Source of the DNA: Candidatus Woesearchaeota archaeon
GTDB lineage: Archaea; Nanobdellota; Nanobdellia; Pacearchaeales; GW2011-AR1
Reading direction: 5' to 3'
Assembly: GCA_964594495.1 (NCBI GenBank)
Contig: CAZQLX010000002.1
Location: 1-34,735, forward strand
DNA length: 34,735 nt
The notes under the pieces are model-generated. The model was given only the letters and a program-made list of their open reading frames with translations. It made no database searches and had not been told where the DNA came from. This document shows, piece by piece, positions 34,595 through 34,735 of the stretch. Numbering within the stretch: the stretch's first letter is position 1; every line of letters starts with the position of its first letter. A program made the position numbers and the translations under genes.

Positions 34595-34735
34595 ATGACA
34601 TTTGAGATTATTGCTAAAGATGGGAAAACAAAAGCGCGTGTTGGGATTTTAAAAACAAAATCTGGAGAGGCCGAGACGCCATTCTTTATGCCTGTTGCAA
34701 CACGAGGAAGTGTGAAATGTGTAAGCATGGCAGAT
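34595..34735 (+). CDS. tgtA: archaeosine tRNA-guanine transglycosylase, N-terminal 47 codons (continues past the window)
   Basis: MTFEIIAKDGKTKARVGILKTKSGEAETPFFMPVATRGSVK matches the conserved TGT N-terminus. TTTTTAAA (34566-34573) lies 21 nt upstream. Confidence 0.8.
   Translation, partial: MTFEIIAKDGKTKARVGILKTKSGEAETPFFMPVATRGSVKCVSMAD

Noticed and set aside
1-34735. Searches for tRNA or rRNA genes, CRISPR repeats, diversity-generating retroelement parts (RT, TR/VR), inteins in polB, rfc or cdc48, and stop-codon recoding
   Set aside because: No T-loop (GGTTCRANYC) or complement appears in any intergenic region. There are no regularly spaced direct repeats and no reverse transcriptase. 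All large informational genes are uninterrupted with standard stops. This was a manual scan only, so short or degenerate elements could have been missed.

Overview
This window looks like a low-GC, very compact archaeal chromosome segment. Hand counts of a few 60-nt samples gave about 28-32% GC in many genes and about 40-43% in others. The informational genes are clearly archaeal: family-B DNA polymerase, FEN1, RFC small and large subunits, Cdc48/VAT, type-2 MetAP, a Trm5/Taw2-like methyltransferase, Nop2/Sun plus a Nip7-like PUA protein, L41e and the start of archaeosine TGT. Genes are short, many overlap by 1 or 4 nt, and most start codons sit 18-23 nt downstream of a TATA-like octamer with no Shine-Dalgarno. 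There are also many small membrane or orphan proteins. Together this fits a reduced-genome (DPANN-like) archaeon, but that is inference only; I could not run any homology search. I found no rRNA, tRNA, CRISPR array, transposase, integrase or phage structural gene. Two genes missing from the ORF track are added: a partial MFS transporter at the left edge and a 38-aa L41e gene. No obviously complete novel system is present. The best candidates for follow-up are: (1) a Zn-ribbon/AbrB-fold protein translationally coupled to Cdc48, with an operator-like repeat on its own promoter; (2) an orphan bicistron at 26629-28098 whose second product is an internally duplicated, membrane-anchored protein; (3) a type-IV-pilin-like, Cys-rich, BACON-like plus LVIVD-propeller surface protein near a membrane-anchored DsbA and an Fe/Mn SOD; (4) a stand-alone HerA/FtsK-like ATPase with no usual partner; (5) a six-gene chain with exact 4-nt overlaps that links Nop2/Sun to a Nip7-like protein.
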